Shown here: piece by piece, positions 60,901-64,000 of the stretch | How the letters are laid out: each line of letters begins with the position of its first letter | Numbering within the stretch: position 1 is the stretch's first letter | Source of the DNA: Cyanophora paradoxa CCMP329 | Taxonomy: Eukaryota > Plantae > Glaucophyta | Direction of reading: 5' to 3' | Length of the DNA stretch: 64,000 nucleotides | Assembly (NCBI GenBank): GCA_004431415.1 | Contig: QPMI01000099.1 | Location: 62,001 to 126,000 of the forward strand | The notes under the pieces: generated by a model | Told to the model about the DNA's origin: nothing | The model's database searches: none | The model's input: only the letters and a program-made list of their open reading frames with translations | Translations under genes and position numbers: made by a program

Positions 60901-63456
60901 CCGTCGATCGCGACGCAGCAACGCCGGGAGCTCCGCCAATAATATTACGATTGCAAGTGCACTAAATGCAGGGTCGGCTGACGCTCTCACTTCCGAACCC
61001 AAGCCACTTGAATAAGGAATCCGATCCGTGCAGCCGGCTGTTGATTGCTACACAGGGACGGCCGACGCTCCAACGATTTATATTGCAGCTTGGCAACTGC
61101 AGTTGCACAGAATGCTGGGTCGGCTGAAGCTTAAGATCTCCACCCCAGCTCAAGCAACTGTAATTAAAGATTAGATCATTGCAGCCAGCCGCCGATCGCA
61201 AAGCGGGGACGCCGGGAGCTCCGACGATTAGTATAACAATTGCATGTGCTTAAAATGCAGGGTCAGCCGAAGCTCGCATTCCCAAACCCGAGCCACAAGA
61301 GTTAAGAATCCGATCCGCGCAGGCGGTCGTCGATCGCGACGCAGCAACGCCGGGAGCTCCGCCAATAATATTACGATTGCAAGTGCACTAAATGCAGGGT
61401 CGGCTGACGCTCTCACTTCCGAACCCAAGCCACTTGAATAAGGAATCCGATCCGTGCAGCCGGCTGCTGATTGCGACACAGGGACGGCCGACGCTCCAAC
61501 GATTTAAATATATTGCAGCTTGGCAACTGCAGTTGCACAGAATGCAGGGTCGGCTGAAGCTTAAGATCTCCACCCCAGCTCAAGCAACTGTAATTAAAGA
61601 TTAGATCATTGCAGCCAGCCGCCGATCGCAAAGCGGGGACGCCGGGAGCTCCGACGATTAGTATAACAATTGCATGTGCTTAAAATGCAGGGTCAGCCGA
61701 AGCTCGCATTCCCAAACCCGAGCCACAAGAGTTAAGAATCCGATCCGCGCAGGCGGTCGTCGATCGCGACGCAGCAACGCCGGGAGCTCCGCCAATAATA
61801 TTACGATTGCAAGTGCACTAAATGCAGGGTCGGCTGACGCTCTCACTTCCGAACCCAAGCCACTTGAATAAGGAATCCGATCCGTGCAGCCGGCTGCTGA
61901 TTGCGACACAGGGACGGCCGACGCTCCAACGATTTAAATATATTGCAGCTTGGCAACTGCAGTTGCACAGAATGCAGGGTCGGCTGAAGCTTAAGATCTC
62001 CACCCCAGCTCAAGCAACTGTAATTAAAGATTAGATCATTGCAGCCAGCCGCCGATCGCAAAGTGGGGACGCCAGGAGCTCCGACGATTAATATTGCAAT
62101 TGCATGTGCTTTACACGCAGGGTCGGCCGAAGCACGCATTTCTGAACCCGAGCCACAAGAGTTAAGAATCCGATCCGCGCAGCCGACCGCCGATCGCAAC
62201 ATGGGGACAGCAGACACCCCAACGACTTATATTGCAATTGCATGTGCTCTAAATGCAAGGCCGGCTGAAGCTCTCATTCTCGAACCCGAGCCACTATTAT
62301 TTATAATCCGATCCGCGCAGCCAACCGTCGATCGCGACGTCGATGCTGGCACAGCTGACGCTCCGACGATTGATTAAATCATTGCAAGTACACTCAATGC
62401 CGAAGCGGCTGAAGCTCCCAATTACGAACACGAGCCCCTAGAATTAAGAGATCGATCCACGCAGCCGGCCGTCGATCGCGACGCAGCAACGCCGGGAGCT
62501 CCGCCAATAATATTACGATTGCAAGTGCACTAAATGCAGGGTCGGCTGACGCTCTCACTTCCGAACCCAAGCCACTTGAATAAGGAATCCGATCCGTGCA
62601 GCCGGCTGCTGATTGCGACACAGGGACGGCCGACGCTCCAACGATTTAAATATATTGCAGCTTGGCAACTGCAGTTGCACAGAATGCAGGGTCGGCTGAA
62701 GCTTAAGATCTCCACCCCAGCTCAAGCAACTGTAATTAAAGATTAGATCATTGCAGCCAGCCGCCGATCGCAAAGTGGGGACGCCAGGAGCTCCGACGAT
62801 TAATATTGCAATTGCATGTGCTTTAAATGCAGGGTCAGCCGAAGCTCGCATTCCCGAACCCGAGCCACAAGAGTTAAGAATCCGATCCGCGCAGCCGGTC
62901 GTCGATCGCGACGCATCAACGCCGGGAGCTCCGCCAATAATATTACGATTGCAAGTGCACTAAATGCAGGGTCGGCTGACGCTCTCACTTCCGAACCCAA
63001 GCCACTTGTATAAGGAATCCGATCCGTGCAGCCGGCTGCTGATTGCGACACAGGGACGGACGACGCTCCAACGATTTAAATATATTGCAGCTTGGCAACT
63101 GCAGTTGCACTGAATGTAGGGTCGGCTGAAGCTTAAGATCTCCACCCCCAACTCAAGCAACTGTAATTAAAGATTAGATCATTGCAGCCAGCCGCCGATC
63201 GCAAAGTGGGGACGCCAGGAGCTCCGACGATTAATATTGCAATTGCATGTGCTTTAAATGCAGGGTCAGCCGAAGCTCGCATTCCCGAACCCGAGCCACT
63301 ATTTTGTAGAATACGATCCGCGCAGCCGGCCGCCGATCGCGACGCAGGGACGGCCGATGCTCGAACGATTTATAATGCAATTGCATGTACATGTGCTCTT
63401 AATGCAAGGTCGGCTGAAGCTCTCATTCCCGAACCCGAGCCACTATTATTAAGAAT
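45934..63456. repeat. Satellite array, ~135-150-bp monomers, with layered higher-order repeats
   Basis: The core gaatccgatccgYgcagccggc recurs every ~143 bp (46061, 46205, 46349, 46492...). About six monomer variants cycle at ~873 bp. Near-identical ORF shadows are offset by 1554, 2276, 5343 and 430 bp. Confidence 0.97.
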
Positions 63457-64000
63457 GGGAGACGGGGTGTACCCCGAAAAAAAGGGGCCTTCTGAAAACG
63501 TCTTTCCTGATCGTGCAAAAGCGCGGCGGGACCAGCGGCTAGCGTAGAAGCATTCGGTAGCCCCTGGCGCGCCCGGCGGTATCGACATCAACGGAATTCC
63601 GGAGATGAAGGTATGCCGGCCGTCCTCTCGCGTTTCGCTCTAAATTCGGACCTTTCGCCACCAAATCCATGGAATAGAAGTTGTTCTCAGTCAGGGGAAG
63701 CCCTCTGTCGCGCGCCATGTTCCCGAAATTTGAATAGCTCCCGTGCCCCCGCTGCCTGCGCAAGCTCCCTCGCGGCGGTGTGCACATGCCCAGATCCTCT
63801 AAAACATAGACTTAGATCCCCCTCCGCCGCCGCGCACGTCCGTTCGGCCCGCCGGGAATTCGCTTGTTGCTCGCTGGCCCGCCGGGCGCCCACGGAATTT
63901 GATCTCCGACTTTCGAGTCGTGATTCGGAATGTCTCTTCGCCGATCGAGCTTTTCCCGGCCCCGGGTCAAGCTCCGGCGACTCAGTCGTGCCCGCAGTGC
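63457..64000 (+). mobile_element. Start of a second, inverted copy of the LINE upstream (5') region; runs off the window
   Basis: 63467-64000 is the reverse complement of ~36560-37093 with scattered substitutions. It begins abruptly at the end of the satellite. Confidence 0.8.

Noticed and set aside
45934-63456. CRISPR-like array (constant core with variable intervening sequence)
   Set aside because: The intervening segments are homologous to each other and recur in fixed cycles rather than being unique spacers. No cas genes are present and the context is eukaryotic.
46154-63547. Many short ORFs in the satellite, some with 46-aa periodicity
   Set aside because: These are by-products of a ~138-nt monomer. 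They appear on both strands and are broken by frequent indels and stops.

Overview
Eukaryotic (protist-like, short GT-AG introns) repeat-rich window. (1) 1-11357: a minus-strand secreted or surface protein gene. It has a signal peptide, a CUB domain and at least 13 near-identical 3-exon cassettes (~645-680 bp) encoding IPT/TIG-like domains, and runs off the left edge. (2) ~11.4-20.3 kb: intergenic DNA with MITE-like elements and an intron-containing PCF11 C-terminal fragment fused to a piece of another gene. (3) 20388-37107: an APE-endonuclease/reverse-transcriptase non-LTR retrotransposon on the minus strand. Its endonuclease domain is split by an intact, AT-rich 11,385-bp endogenous Polinton-like virus (24038-35422). 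The virus has 175-bp TIRs, a 6-bp GGAGGT target-site duplication, a packaging ATPase, major and minor capsid proteins, pPolB, an rve integrase, a tandem DUF5710-like protein and no adenain protease. Removing the virus restores the LINE reading frame. A 45-bp inverted-repeat pair (19037/37151) brackets the whole nest. (4) 37983-42169: a multi-exon type I membrane protein gene. (5) ~45934-63456: a 17.5-kb ~140-bp satellite with layered higher-order repeats, ending at a second copy of the LINE's upstream region. The best novel-system candidate is the minimal protease-less integrating virus, which has A7 termini, a DDD-type integrase, mimivirus-like AAAATTGA upstream motifs and an ARKT-start basic protein. 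All calls come from reading motifs by eye; no searches were run.
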